The notes under the pieces: generated by a model | What the model saw: only the letters and a program-made list of their open reading frames with translations | Databases searched by the model: none | Told to the model about the DNA's origin: nothing | Program-made: the position numbers and the translations under genes | Assembly: GCA_905178155.1 (NCBI GenBank) | Contig: CAJINV010000014.1 | Span: 1,105,858-1,169,857 of the forward strand | DNA: 64,000 bases | Direction: 5' to 3' | Source: Amoebophrya sp. A120 | Lineage: Eukaryota; Protista; Dinoflagellata | Shown: positions 12,185-26,037 of the stretch, in pieces | How positions within the stretch are numbered: the stretch's first letter is position 1 | How the letters are laid out: every line of letters begins with the position of its first letter

Positions 12185-12910
12185 ATGGCCTGTGCCTGTC
12201 CTAATCTTCTGTGTGCCTCGAAGTCAACGACTTTATTCCCGAGAGAACTTGTTCGTTTTGAGCGATATAGTTTGCCCTTCGTTCTTTTACATCTTGAGCT
12301 GCGTGCTGTGAAAAATGGACACGCATCTGGATGGTCTGCTCAATTCCGCGAGGCACCAACATCCGCGAACGGTCTTCCAACGTCCAATGTGAAGATTTGG
12401 GATAACTTGTGGGGAAAACACAAATCATCTGCTGCTGTTCGAAGTGGTTCTTTTAGAAACTTCTCGTCGTCGCGAGATGGCCCCCCGGGAAGAAACGCAG
12501 CCATCAACAACTCGTCGGAAAATAAAAGCACTACCCAAGGCGGAGAGGAGCAGGAACATTATCAGCCATCGAAAGTAGACGAAGCGCTCGTTGAGACTCT
12601 CCTGGACGAATTCTTGGAACACTTGCCGAAGGAAGACCCACGATGGGTGAAGAACTTCAAACTTGTGAAATTTCTGTCGAACACAAACTTCCTCAACAAG
12701 GGCAAGGATTGGCCCTCCTTTCGCGAAACGAGCACTGGGCAGGAATTGATGCGGCGCTGGGTCGAAGCGTTTGACGAGAAAATGCAGGATATCGTGAAGC
12801 TCGCGGGGAAGGACAAAGCCGGCCCGAAAAGCAAAGACGTGTTGCATCCAGATTTTTCCGCGGGCGCGAAGAGCAGCGAAAAATGGCGGCATTGGGTGAA
12901 AGACAAGTAG
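12185..12910 (+). CDS. Hypothetical protein
   Basis: Part of ORF 11987-12910 from the first ATG; the C-terminal half (VDEALVETLLDEFLEHL...) looks protein-like; start uncertain. Confidence 0.5.
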   Translation: MACACPNLLCASKSTTLFPRELVRFERYSLPFVLLHLELRAVKNGHASGWSAQFREAPTSANGLPTSNVKIWDNLWGKHKSSAAVRSGSFRNFSSSRDGPPGRNAAINNSSENKSTTQGGEEQEHYQPSKVDEALVETLLDEFLEHLPKEDPRWVKNFKLVKFLSNTNFLNKGKDWPSFRETSTGQELMRRWVEAFDEKMQDIVKLAGKDKAGPKSKDVLHPDFSAGAKSSEKWRHWVKDK

Positions 12911-13467
12911 TTGGTTTATCTGCGACGTTTTTTTGAATCATTTTTCGTGATCCACCTTTGCAGCTTGATATGCTTGCAAGTGTACACAAACAGTAGAAGT
13001 AGATCGTTTTTGCCCATGTGGATGGGATGGAAGCACCAAGATGCCTATCCGCCTTCTTGACTCGTTGGTTCGCTTTGAACTTGCGCACCTGTAATCGTTT
13101 TCATCGTAAAGGATTTTTCAGCTTTTTACGGAGGTGGTTCCTAAACCTCTGTGTCTGTTCAGTGTAGATGAAAAACGAGTGATCAAGGTTAGAATCAACT
13201 ATCATCTGGGGGGGGGGTTAACAGAACAAAGGGAGGCTGTGGAGCGGGTCTGGAGGCGTGGGCGGACTAGAGCGAATGGAACAAAAGAAGAGAAAGATTA
13301 TTAAGAGATAGTGGCACGTACTTACTTAAGTCCGAGCAGTACTGCAACTAGGAGCCGCACGAGCGAATCAGCCACCTGTTCTTGTGCAACCTCCATGAAG
13401 TAGGGCTGTACGAGAGTCAGTTATGCCTGTGCTGTAAAATACAGCAACACGGCACATCGGTCATAAG

Positions 13468-16400
13468 ATGGACGAGGAAGTAAGTTCTTTCTCCGCTGGT
13501 AACTTCACCATGCGGGTACCAGTGTCTTCCTGCCGCAGCAGGAGCCCACCTACGGCATCCTCGTCGTCGTCTTTTTTTTCAACTAGAACCACACGAAGAA
13601 GAAACAAAACCCAGACACGACTGGTCAACAAAATTCTGCTCTCCACCGCTGCGACGGTTTACCTGCAGCAACTGCCTGCAAACACGGACGCCGCGAAGAT
13701 CCCGATTCTGGTATCCGGCCCGGAATACCACCACAAGGCGGACATTTGCACGCTCGCGAAGCATCTCTTTGCCTCGGAAAGTCCGAAGATTTTGCTAGAG
13801 AACAAACCCACGTCACTGCTCAACTGGGCCGGGGACGATGTGGCGTCGACCTGTACGCCCACACACAGTCCGAGGTTACTGGACTTTGAAGCCGTTTTCA
13901 ACTCAGTGACCGCGAACGATGATGTATTAATGTTGAGGTCTTTGCTACTTTTTTGTTTTGCTAGCTAGTTGATGTAGTAGGAAAAAAAAATACAAAAAGT
14001 GTCGGGATTCCAAAATCAACATTATGCGCAATAATTTCACCACCTGCATCTAATTGTACAGGTCATCCTTTTTCTCGTTGGGCAGGGGGGTTACAAAACC
14101 TTCAATTTCCCCGTGAACCCCTTCGACGGCGCGGACTGGAAATCCTGGGACCAGCGTATTGAGAGGAAAAATCCCCCCACCCCATATTCAAACGGGAATT
14201 TCTCTTGCTGGATTTGTAGACACAAATCAGCTCTGTCTTGCAGTGAGGCACTGGAGGCAGAGCCTAAGCCTGCGTCGGGTGTTACGCTTAGGTTTGGTAT
14301 AGGTGCTTAGCATAGCAGAGGCCTGCCATATCGGCGCAGCAGCTTTACAAATCGCCCGCATAAAGCGACAGACTCTTTGCGTTTGCCCTCCTGCAAAAGA
14401 GACAGGATCTGTGGTCACAAATCAGCATTACATTTTTCAGAAGTATACCTTTTCAGTATGGAGAGTGGGGATTTTTTACTTTGATACAGCGAAAACAGCT
14501 TTCTCGGCAAGCTCTTTACCAAGTCATCGCCGGCGCGAAGTTTAACAGCTTGGTACAGAAGTGGCTGTTGAATTTGTCGTGCTGGTGTCTCATTATGTGC
14601 GCAACTGCTTTATTTCTTGTCATGCAGTTGTAACTGCAAATGTAAAAAGAACAGTTAATCTACGCGGACTTTCCCGAAGCGGGCACCATGTTCGAAGAAG
14701 GGTTACTACCGCCGAATGCAGTTTATGGAGCGAAAAAATGTGTTTCAGTTAGTTTCGAATTTTTCGTGGTCGTGATGTTGCAGAACCAGCAACACAGACA
14801 ACCTCTGTCATGGGGGACATGCTCAGGAGGAGCCTTTTTATTTCGTGCATGTTTTTTCCTTGGGCTTGCGCTTGGTGATCATGATCTCCACGTTTTAGCT
14901 TTTTTTTCGTCATGCAGACCACCAAACCTGCTCCTGCATCTCGTCCGCCACGGCCACATGCGTAACTGTAACACGTTTTTTCTTTGGATACGATGGCGGT
15001 CACGAGAAAGACAGCGGAAGTGGGGAATTGCTTCCTCAGCCCGCACACGACGGGGTGCCGCTCAAATATTTTCACCCAGGCGGTCATGAGGAACTGGGGT
15101 AAGAACTACACATCATTTCCGTTTTGTCATTTATTTTCGCACTGTAAAACTAAAAGTAAAAACGAAAACCGCATGTAGTGATATGTTTTTTGTTGGTGTT
15201 TTTTTACGCATGACCATCTTCCTAGGCACCACCGTGAAGGCACACACCCGGTTGCTTGCGGATCTTTTCGACGACCTGGAGGTTCACAATACGGAGAGCA
15301 CGGTATCGATTCGCTTCTGAACAATAAGCTTTCTAGTTCTAATAGTTGTCGTGCGAAAATTGAGTGGGAAAGCACTGCTGTCGTGCGTTTGACAACACCA
15401 CGTACGCATATCGCTATCAGGTCTACACCACCAATAGCCTCACAACGTACTTTGCCCAAGCTTCCCCGGCCTTTGGCACCGCGACGAGCTCCGACGACGT
15501 CTGCACCAATGCGAACATCGAGCTCTGCCGGCTATACACGGTCAACGGCTACGGTTCTGCCGCTAATAACCCAGCGACGTTGCAAGGCGCCGTGGTCCCG
15601 ATCTTGCAGAGTCGGGAGTCAGAGGACCAATTCTTCATGAAGGTGTCCAACTGCAACGAGTTTCACGTGGAGGATGGCGAGGCAAAGCCACTGAAAACCT
15701 ATGTATCCAAAAGGAAAAGTGTCGCCTTCGCGCTAATTATGATCACGATCATTATCATGTAGGACCGATGCAGATCTCACTTTCTGGGTCGCTCTGCAGG
15801 ACAAATGAGCCATTTTTTTTATTGATATAAATATTGTAGTAATGTCAATGTGCCATTTCCCTTAAACTGCCCTGCTTTTCCTTTTGCAATGCATACTCTC
15901 CCGAACAGTACAACTGCTTGCGATCGATGCTGGAGGCGGAGTCGATTGAGATAGCCAACGACTACGAAGGCAACCACTGGGACTACGAGGCGTGTGCAAC
16001 AGCAGCAATCAACGTCGTGTACTCATTGGAGCTTGGTGCTTGTTGTGTTTCTTGCTACTAAGTGGTAAACTCTTCCTTGTACTTGATAACAATGCAGCTT
16101 CGTTTTTGATGGGTATCGGAAGTGGACAGCCCACAGAGTAGAAGATTCTGATTTATTCCCGGATTCGAACAATAACAGGCGTCTTTGCTGATTCCGCATG
16201 AGAAAGAAAACCAAAACTCCAAATCAGCTCCATCTGCGGCACATGGACGGCCTACAACGCCCAGTTTGCAAAAGTCCTGTGGAGCTTGTGCGCAAAGGAG
16301 GACTGGAATCATAGAAGAGTGGTACGATCTCAATCTCAATTTTTGGTTCCTGCAACAACTATAAGATTCATCGCATGAGAAAATGAAAAATGATACACTG

Positions 16401-17132
16401 CATGAGCATGACAGACGCGACCTAAAATGAAACAAAAAGGTGCGCGCCCTGGAGATTGCCTACGAGGACGCGGGGACGAAGTGCAACACCAACGAGTACC
16501 CGGATAATGAACTGCTCACTGTCGTGTTGTACGCATTGCGAAAGTATCGCACTTCTAGTATTTGAAAAATCGCATGACAAATCTTCTCGACGAGAGGAAA
16601 AAGGATTTGTAATGCCGATTTCGGTAGAGTGGTAGATTTGTCCATGCAAGACAGCAATTGTTAATATAGGAGTGCGAGTTACTTTTGCACCGCATACGCT
16701 GGGCATCACGGGGTTAGCCCTGACCTTTCTCTGTCTCACCATCGGAAAACCCATGGACCGGGCTTTGTACCCGTTGAAAGGGGGATATGGAACTGTCAGG
16801 ATCGAAATTGACAAAGTCGAAAAATTTGTGATGCATAAAATGCATGACGCGAAGCACGTGTGTTGCAGAGCAGGCAAGTGAGGCCGATTGTAAGCCTGTT
16901 TGGGGTTATAGCTCGAGCTGCTAAAGCAGCTTGAGAGAATCAGTCTTCTTTGCCTAAATAGCATTACAAACTGGATTGAGGCACCACCAGAATTTGTCAT
17001 GCGCCACTCAGAAACTGTAACTGGGCTCGAACTGGAATCCATTTTATGCATCACAAATTATTTCGATTTTGTTGATTTCGATCCTGACACTTCCATAGGG
17101 GAGCGTCGCCCATGGCGACCGGGGCGCCGTGA
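13468..17132 (+). CDS. Multi-exon hypothetical type I membrane protein (exon structure only partly resolved)
   Basis: ORF pieces 13468-, about 14083-, 15364-, about 15900- and 16440-; after introner removal the end reads LLTVVLGITGLALTFLCLTIGKPMDRALYPLKGGASPMATGAP-stop. Confidence 0.5.
14157..14486. mobile_element. Introner family C
   Basis: TIR TATTGAGAGGAAAAATCCCC / GGGGATTTTTTACTTTGATA; TSD CAGCG/CAGCG. Confidence 0.92.
15700..15895. mobile_element. Decayed introner (left end 15700 or 15704)
   Basis: Inverted repeat CAAAAGGAAAAG / CTTTTCCTTTTG with TAT...ATA ends; TSD degenerate (CTATG/CTCTC); coding resumes as EQYNCLRSMLEAE. Confidence 0.6.
16530..16696. mobile_element. Introner family E
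   Basis: TACGCATTGCGAAAGTATCGCACT / AGTGCGAGTTACTTTTGCACCGCATA; TSD TGTTG/CGCTG (3/5); removal restores a TM helix. Confidence 0.85.
16786..17097. mobile_element. Introner family D
   Basis: Long TIR TATGGAACTGTCAGGATCGAAAT / ATTTCGATCCTGACACTTCCATA; TSD GGGGA/GGGGA. Confidence 0.93.
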
Positions 17133-18244
17133 GTGGAGTTGCCGGCGATGGCGCAGAAGTAGCAGCCCATTGTTGTTGAAGAAGCACGGAGGTTGAAATT
17201 TATGAAGAGAAAATATCATATTAACCCGAACTCATAAAAGCTATCGGCGCTGTACGTAGGTCGAGGTTCGTAGCAGCTGCAGCATCGTGGGACCAAATAA
17301 AGCGATGCAGCGCTTATTTTCATTGAGGAGGCGGAGAGATACCTACAAAAATAAACTATCGAAGCTACAGTATAGTCTATTTTCGATAAAACACCGATAA
17401 AAGTACAATCAAACCATCAGAAATGCTGCACACATCAACGGTCGTTTTGAAGTCGCGGATTCTTTTACTACTTGAGCCAAGCGAGCCTGAAGAGATCATG
17501 GCTTTGGCCTCTTACAACACGCGCTTGATGTAGAGTCGATGTCGAACGTGATTTTTTTCGCACAGTAAAATGAAAGCGTTGTAATTTTTGTAGCGGTACG
17601 AAGAAGAACTAGAACAGAAGCAAAGCGTCCTCGGCCAGTGCTCCGAAAGCAAAATGGTTTGTTTTTCTCGATTACACCAGTCGCAGTTCGCTGTCGTGAC
17701 AGAGATGGAAGAATGATTTCCGCCGTCGAGAGATGCAGTAGTAAGTTGGACGTTTTTAATTATTCAACTTTGCAGCTGCTGCTGCTTTGATTGCAGCGGC
17801 TTCCGCGTTGAGAGATTGCCGTTTGGATCTTTGGTTTTGATGATTGGTGCGCCATCGGCATCGACCTGTGATGTCAATTTTCATTTTTGCAAACAGTCCA
17901 GAATTTTTTTCTTTCGACGGCTTTTTGTAAAACGTTGCCGTTCGGTGTAGACTGTTTGGTCAGGAGATACAGATGCGCTTTCCCTGAGAAGTCCGAAGAC
18001 GTCCAAAATCGCACACGAAGTAGAGAGTCGTTCTTGAGAAGAAGTAGGTATCTCTATGGCAACTCAACGAAAGTGGTAGTAGCACTGGAATCGAACTAAC
18101 AACCTGTGTCCGTTTCTACTGCCTCGACGTTCTTGAAGTTTTCCCGAGCAGGGGGTCCACTCGCTCTTTTTCCAAGTAAGTACATTAACAGTATGCAAAT
18201 CTTCGAGTGGATCAAATCAGGGAAGTAAAACACCTTTACTAATC

Positions 18245-21200
18245 ATGCGCAAGCAGCAGAACAATAACAACCCGCACGGCCGGCTCCGCGGGAACAACAA
18301 CAATAACAATGCTGCAACGAACAGTACTCGGGGCGGGACCACGAACACAAATCAAACTAACACCGGAGGTCATTTTTACCAGAACAGCTATGCGGCGTTT
18401 CAGCAGCATTATCAGCAGCAGGCTGCGTACCAGCACCAATTCTTTCACCAACAGTTCGGCAACATGCATGCGGGGTTTCAAAACGGCGCGGGCAAAGGCG
18501 CAGCGGGAGGCAATAACAAAGGTGCGCCGGGCGGCGGATTCATGCCCGGGGCGGCTTTTGGTTTTGGCGGTGCAGTACCGGGAAACAACAAGAAAGGCGG
18601 TGCTAATAATGCGCAGAACTACCTCCCGTCGTTTTTTGCCTCCCTGAATTCCTCCCTGCTTCCAGCCCTCCTCGCCAATGAGCGTTACACCTGGTACGTC
18701 CTCGGGTTGGACAAGCTGGGGCAGGACAAGGCGACGAAGGTGAATATCACCCTCGCTTTCCGGCAATTGTCGCTCCAACTCCACCCCGATCAGCACGTGG
18801 GGGAGAATAAAGACGAGTTTTGGAACTACGAATTCGGCTTGATCAACGAGGCCCGGACGAAAATGGTGGCGAACCTGGAGAAAAAAGGAATATCAATTGC
18901 AAAAATGTCTGGGTCTGGAAACTCGTGATGCTGGGTGGCGTATCATGAGGAGGCCACAAGTGCTGGGTCAGCATGCCAAGTTTCTGAGTTTCTAGGTGTT
19001 GCCTACTCTGCACGACAGACTGCGTTTCTGCATGACAGAGAAATGGGGCGCTTGGGTAACGTGCATGACAGATTTAAGAGTCATGCAAGACAAGCATGAC
19101 AAACATGCGCTCTTCCAGACCCAGACACTTTTGCATTTGATAAGGGAGGGCGACCGACAAGTACTGGTGTGTCGAAGTGAAGCCGGGCTGGAAAAGACCA
19201 GCGTTGGTGGAGAAGTGGGCGAAAAGTGCGACTCCTGTCGCGGGGAATAAGGACAAGGATAACGGTGCCACTGGGAACAATAACAACAAAACTGGGACAG
19301 GAGCTGCAGGAGCTCCGGGAGGACGAGGTGGAACCACCGGTGGTCTGCAGCGGAGCAACTCTGCGCCCATGTTCGATTCCACGAACCTCAATAAAGCCGC
19401 TGCTGCTGCCGCTGCTGCGAATCAAGCGAACCAGCAACAGACCAATCAGAAGCCGTTTCAGCCGCCCCGTCGTTCCCCCCGGGAAGAAAAACAAAAAGCG
19501 TCGAACAAGGAGATTCCCGTGGGTTTGACCCCTCGGTTCCCCGCGAAGGGCGGGAGTAAGAAGCTGTTTGAGGACAGTGGCTTCACCTTCACTTCCAATG
19601 CGGGCGGCGGGAGCACGAGCAGCTCGTCTTCTTCGAGTACCGCCAAGCAGATGAATCCACAGAATGTAGTGGGAGAGAACAAACCTCAGGCGAATATCAA
19701 AGCTGCAGGGAACAATTCGTCGAAGCAGCCCTCTCCCGCACAGTCTAGTACCACTTCCAAGCGCGGGACCACGAAAGGTCGAACGAAGAAGACCACCGCC
19801 GCCGGCGAGGAAACAAGTCAAAAGGAAACTACAAGCAAGCGGGGACACAATGTCAAGAAGGGGAAATCCGGATTCCAGCCCCTCTCCATGTCCGCGCTCG
19901 AACGGAGACGGAAGGAAGAAGCGATGCGGTCGCCGAGTTTCAAACAGGTGCAAGAGGATTACAAGGACAGCAAAATCAGTTGGGTCAAGAAAGCAGGGAC
20001 GAAAGCTAGTGCGGGGGATAAGGACAAAAATACCGGCGGGGGGAATAGCAGTGTGCTGAAGCAGAACAACAAAAGTAATACTTCTGCGAAGACACCGGCG
20101 AAGACGGGAGGTAGAGGACAGAAGAATACTAGTACTACAAGGAATAACGCAGGTGCGGCACAGGCACAGCAGAAGCAAGCAGAACAGCAGGAAGACGAAA
20201 ACATGAACGATGGTGACAGTACGCCGGAGATTGTGGGGGTGAAGGAGGGGAGCAAAGGGAGCTTTTTCAGCGTTTTGAACAACCAGAAAAGCAACTTGTT
20301 CCAAGGTCGTGGTGCTGCTCCAAGTGGTTCGTCTTCCAGTAGTGCTTCCTCATCGTCGGCAGCAGGAATAAGTGATAGCAATGTAGTTGTACAGAAATCC
20401 ACCACAACTTCCATGTACCCGTCTCCGAGTCCGAGACCAGTGCAGGAGCAGAGCTTTTCGGACGACAGAAACGCTGCTGCGAGAAGTACTAGTGGTGCAA
20501 CTCTGTTTCGCAACCATTCGAACCCGGAGCAGCTAAAAAAGCTTGCCCAGCAGCAAGAGAACATCTTCAAAGACGGTATTACAACGAATCAAGCTGGTGG
20601 CACATCAACAACATTAACCACAACACTACCAGGAGCTCCTGCGAGGAAGGGCCGCTGGGTGGACATCTTGTCGGGTGGAACGCATTTCCTCGGCGAAAAG
20701 CTGATGGGGTTGAGAAAGCACATTACTCCGGGGGATCCGCAACTGCCCAGTCCGCGGGACCAGGAAGACGTCGACATGGCGGCAGGTGGTCAGGAGAAAG
20801 GCCGGCTGTACCCGATAGTGAAAACGCCGAAGCAAAGCGAAGTGATGATGCCCTTGTACAGGAATAAAGACCTATTGGATAATGCTGCTGGTACTGGTAT
20901 ACCGACTGCTGGGCGGGGTGCAGCGCAGCGAGTGTTGTTTCCGGCGAAAGAGAAGGAGAAGGTGAACCAGGAAAATAACCATACTGAAAACGTCGAAAGC
21001 AGCACCAACCCAAAACAGCACACCGTCGTCATTGACTTGGTCGATTCGAGCAGCCAAGCCGATAAGAAATCCGGCGGTTTTGCGCCGAACCGGAGGACGA
21101 AAGACGTGGTGGTGATCGAGGACGATAGCGAGGTCGTCGAGCTGGATAGCAGCCAAAACCCCACACCCGCTTCCGAGGCGGGGTCTGCGCACGCAAACTT

Positions 21201-24200
21201 TCCTGCGCGGGGCGGAACAGCTGGGCAAAAACCTAGAATACCGGGATTTCCTGGTGCACAAGCACAACAAGTTGTAGCAGGTCAGGCGACTGGAGGACAG
21301 CAGCAAGTCGTCGATAGCAATGCAGAAGTAGAACAGGAGCACAATAAGGACAAACAAGGAGGGATGGCGAATTTTGTTTTTGACAGACTCTCCTCGAGCC
21401 TTTTTTCGACCTCCGCCCGGATGTTTGGAGGATCCTTAGGCACGCCGAGGAACACGACGGTCGACACCTCGATTGTGGACGACAATGTGATCGGCGGGGA
21501 CAATATGCAAGAAAAAAACTGTGTAAGTGTAACTCTGTAATGCAGAACATTCAACAGAGTTACACCTGTCATGCCACACAGCCATAAAGTCCTTTTTTCA
21601 TGTGTATTTTCCCTTACAAGCCACGCATGACAGGCTTCATGTAGAGCAAATTTGTGATGCCGTCAGCCAAAGAAAGTTACACTAGCACAGTTTTTTTCTT
21701 GGATAGACAGCACGATAAAATTTTACCAAGAGGACCTCAATCACAGCAAGCTTGTGAATGACGGCACCGACCCCCACCCGAAGAAACTGCAGAACCTGCG
21801 CCGGATGGGCTCGTCTCTGGATAACGAAAATACTAGTAACGCGGGCGCAACTAGTTCTGTCAAGACCAACATTTTCAAAAGAGGCGGGACGGTTAATAAT
21901 GTTCTTGGAGGTGGTAGCGCACCTGGAGCCGCCGACCAATCGAACAACATGGGTGACGCTGCAGCGGACCCAGCGAACAATATTAAACGCACAAAAGTCG
22001 TGAACACTTTGCTGATTGGAAATACAAATCCGAGCCAGAGTAGAAGTAGAGCCGGCGGCCAAGGTCCTGCACTAAGAAAAACAATCAGCGCCCTGGGCGT
22101 GATAGACGAGGAGACGCCATCTTCTGGCGCTGGGAACAACGTCGAAAGCCAGAAAGTGAACGAGTTGTCATCGGCCACGACACCTTCTTTCGCCGCTCCC
22201 AACTTGTTCATGCCTCGGTCAGGAGGAAACTACAATAGGGACCTACAGTCGCGAGCAGGAGGCAGTGCTGGAGCAATTACATCAGCCTCGGTTCCAATAC
22301 CACCACCGGATCGGGTACAGCAAGTACAACTGAACGCGAACAGTACAACGGGGCTGTTTAGCAACCGTTCGCTCTTCGGCGGGAAACAAGACAACCTGCT
22401 CGGACATAAAGTTTCTGCATCTACTGCCACCGGTGCAGCAGGAGCTGGAGTGGTGAGCACGACTTGCTCGGAGCAGGAGCCAGATCACGTAATGCAGAAG
22501 GAGAAGCAGAAACATCAAAACCACGACCCGCCGCAACCGCAACTCGATCGGAGGAAAAATGTTTCTTCGAAGGGAAAGACACTAGACGCGAGCGGCTTGT
22601 TCGACGATCCGGGGCTACTTTTTGCCGGGATGGTCGGAAATGAAAGCAGCAGTCTTGATGCTGTCGGTAGTAATCTTCTCGCGCCGGGCCCGGGTCGTGC
22701 AACTACCGTGACTGGGGAGGTAAGGTCGTCTTCCTCCGCTTCCTCTTCCGCCTCCTCAGCATCTTCGAGTAGCGGGATGAACAATAACCACGACAGCGCA
22801 AGAACCTCCAGCAACAAGCAACCCCGCAACAGCACCGTGCTGGCCGCCCCGTTGCAGGACATCCAACTGGACCGCAGCCAGGCTCCGCTCAGGAAGCGTC
22901 GAGCGTCTGTTGTGAACAATAATGGGCTTGAGGAAGAGGGTCATTTGATGGAGGAAAACAATCTAGAGAGCGGCTTCACTGGTACCGAAGGCGTCCCACG
23001 TATCATTTTCGAGCAGCAACCGGCGGGAACAGGGTCGAAAAACGCGGTCGTGCGAACCTCGAACGCAGAGGACAACCCAGGACGAGGACAGGAACTGCAT
23101 AAACCAGGACCAAATTCTCGAAGTTCTCCACCACACCAGAATCTTTTTCAGGAACAAAATCCAAGTGGAGGTCCACCACTACGAGGCACGTTTTCATTGC
23201 CCCAGCAAGGAGGACAGCAAATGGAACGAAACCAGCATAGCATTCCTTTTCGTCGAAACTCCACGAACCCGTCCCCCAGGGGGCCCGTCGTGGATCATGG
23301 CTACAGCAGTCACAACTCAGTTGCTTCGACTGGGACAGCGACGGCATCAAATAGCCTACCGAAAAATCGCTTCAACCGCGCTGCTTTATCCGGCGGAGCT
23401 GCCACGGTGCCCGTGCCACCCCCGGCAGGACATCTAAGAGGTGCTCCTCCACCTGCGCGGATACAACAAGTAGGCGGGAATCCACTGCAACAGGATGAGC
23501 AAGACGTGATTTTGGAGCAAGCGAGCAATCTGAAGAAGCGCCGAACCAGTGGGGAATTCGGTCCTAAGGTTGGAATGGTCCGGCAAGGAGAGCAGCAGGC
23601 GCCCTCGAGGACCTTGATGTCGGGGGAACAAGCTTCTGGGTTTGTGGTGGACAAAAATCATGTCGACAAGAATGCTCCCCCTTCCACCGGATTACTGGAG
23701 GAACCCCATCAACAAACGATGCATCAAGAACAAAAACGCAGCACCGAGAAGGACAGTAAACCCAACAAAAAATCTTCTGTGATCTTCGGCGGCCACAGCG
23801 TACAGCCGGAAGACCGGCGGCGGACGGCTAGCAACTCGGTCGACTCCCTGGAGTCTGCGTTCCAGAACGGGAAGATGAACAAAGAGATACAAGGTGATCT
23901 TCACGGTGGTTCAACCGCCGGGGGAAAAAATCAAAATGCAGGCGGAAGCGGTGCGAACTCGCCGGTAATGCCGATGAAGGGACTAGACGACATTGAGCAG
24001 CCGGCAGTAGAGAAAAATAGAAGCGTCGCGAGCGCATTTGCCGGAGCGGGGCCAGGAGCGGGAGGTATTGCAGCAGCGGTAGCCGCAGCCATGAATCCTA
24101 GACAGCAAGAACAGGCACAGGGGCGAGTACATGAACCGCCGCCCGCATACAACAGCTTCCCTCACGGCCAACAACTTCCAGCCCACGAACCAGAGGACGT

Positions 24201-26037
24201 TTTGTTTCCCAACATCGTCAGAAGCTCTCCGATTCCAGGAACCGTTAGTCTAAAGCTCCCGAAGGTGACCTCGAAAGGAACGGCGGCAGAAGTGGAAAAT
24301 GTCGAAGTGCAGCGAGGGCAACAGCAGTTTCAAGCCCCTTCCGCCCTACAAGCGCAACAAAACAAGATTTTTCAAAAGCCGCCTCTAAACATCAGCTCCG
24401 ACGACTCGTTTTTCGCTGTGGACCGCGAGCCGCCTTTCGCCCCCACGAAGGCTGGCGTGCCATCAAACGAACAGAAACAGCAGCAAGTAAACCCAAGTAG
24501 CGTTCCTGGTGTACAACAACTTCCCTCCGCACCACCGCAACAAGAAGCTGCCCAACAGCACCAACAGAGCGGTCACGCCCTTCCGCCCTCGGTGAGCGAC
24601 AACCAAACGCCGCGGCTGTCCACTTTGGGCACCGCGGAACCGGTCAGAAACCTGTTTGGCAGGCCGTCTTTAGCGGCCCCGGCGGGGGGAAACGCCGGCA
24701 ATCAACAAGCCGAGCCACCGAGTGAGGATCTAGATGTGGAAATGCTGGATGCTTCGCTTTCGGAAAACAGCAACAAAAATGATGGCCAAAATGTACTACT
24801 GCAAGGTCAAGGTATTAAAGGTTCTCACGGCTTGAGATTTTCCGCAAACAACCCACCTCCGGTCTTCAACGTCCCAGCTGTGTCGGAACAAAACAACTAC
24901 AACGACAACCGAATGTCGATGGCAAGTGCCGGCGGGTCCCTGTTCCAGGCCTCCAGTCCGCCCCCGCGGGCCCACGGGAATTCGGGCGGCGGAACGATGG
25001 GGCTGATTGGCTGGCAACAGCAGCAGCACCAGCAGCAGAGTACTAGACCTCTCGCGAGTTCCATCGCTGCCCCGAGTGTAGTATTAGCAGGAGCTCCTGG
25101 AGGAGGTTCTTCTTCTTCTTCCGGTGTAATTATCGGCAGCGCAGGAGTTGTTCCTGCAGCTGTGGTTGGAGGGCAGGAGATCGCTCCTTCGATGTCGGCC
25201 ACTTCATCTTCCGGGGGAATGTTTACTTCCGTCGCCAGCGGAGCGCCGTCCAACATGTCGACACATGCGACCGGGACGGGTCAGGGGACGAGGGAAAATG
25301 CGAGTACCAACAGACCGAATTCATCGTCATCGACCTCCTTCAACACAGATTTACTGTCGGCCTTAACCGAGGCCGAGGTGCAAGACAACGCACGGCAAAA
25401 TGCCAGAGCCGGCGGTTCTTCGCCGGACCAGGATGCTCAACTTTCAAACCTCTTTTCGGGAGCAAGTTTGGGCGGTTCCAGGTGAGGTTCTTTTGAATAA
25501 TGTGATTCGACGACGGTTTGTCTGCTCATGCTCTAGACCGAGTTGCCCGCAGCTCTTGATGATGTTGCAACGAATCGATATGATGCCACTGCAGTAGCTA
25601 GCTCAATCGCAGTTTTCATATGTCTTTTTCAAATCAGGCCCTTGCCACCTGCACCTGCAGCTGCTGCTATGCCGAATCTCGGTTCAGCAAACAACCAGCA
25701 GCAGCCCTTGAACCAGAATCAGCCGAGCGCAATTCTCCCCACGGTCTTACGGTTGGAACAAATTCGGGAACTCTTCCAGCTGCAGCGAGTTTGCACTTCG
25801 GAAACTGTGCAGAACAAAATCGCGGAGAGCCTGAAACAAGTCATCGTCACCTTGCGGCAGCGGAAGCACCGCGACGCAATGTGCTCGGAGTTGTTCCCGG
25901 AGCATGTTGCTGCAGCCGCCGGGGGCACGACGTCCAACAGCCAAAATAAAGGGATTGAACACGTGGCGCGCTTGCGGCCGGACGTGTTTCGATTCTACTC
26001 CGACGGGAGAAGGGAAAGGTGCCGGTTGCTGGGGTAG
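18245..26037 (+). CDS. Giant J-domain (DnaJ-type) protein with long N/Q/S/G low-complexity regions; 3' end uncertain, may continue to 28491
   Basis: WYVLGL..AFRQLSLQLHPDQ..FGLINEA (HPD motif); ORFs 18245, 19177 and 21754 join in frame after removing introners 18891 and 21504; GT-AG intron at about 25482-25637. Confidence 0.7.
18891..19142. mobile_element. Introner family A
   Basis: Family A TIRs; TSD AGGAA/AGGGA; joined reading KKGRATDKYWCVEVKPGW. Confidence 0.93.
21504..21705. mobile_element. Introner family B
   Basis: TATGCAAGAAAAAAACTGTG / CACAGTTTTTTTCTTGGATA; TSD GACAA/GACAG; joined reading GDNTIKFYQEDLNHSKLVNDG. Confidence 0.93.

Noticed and set aside
19081-20304. 407-aa minus-strand ORF and similar long antisense ORFs
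   Set aside because: These are shadows of long low-complexity + strand coding sequence and have no motifs.
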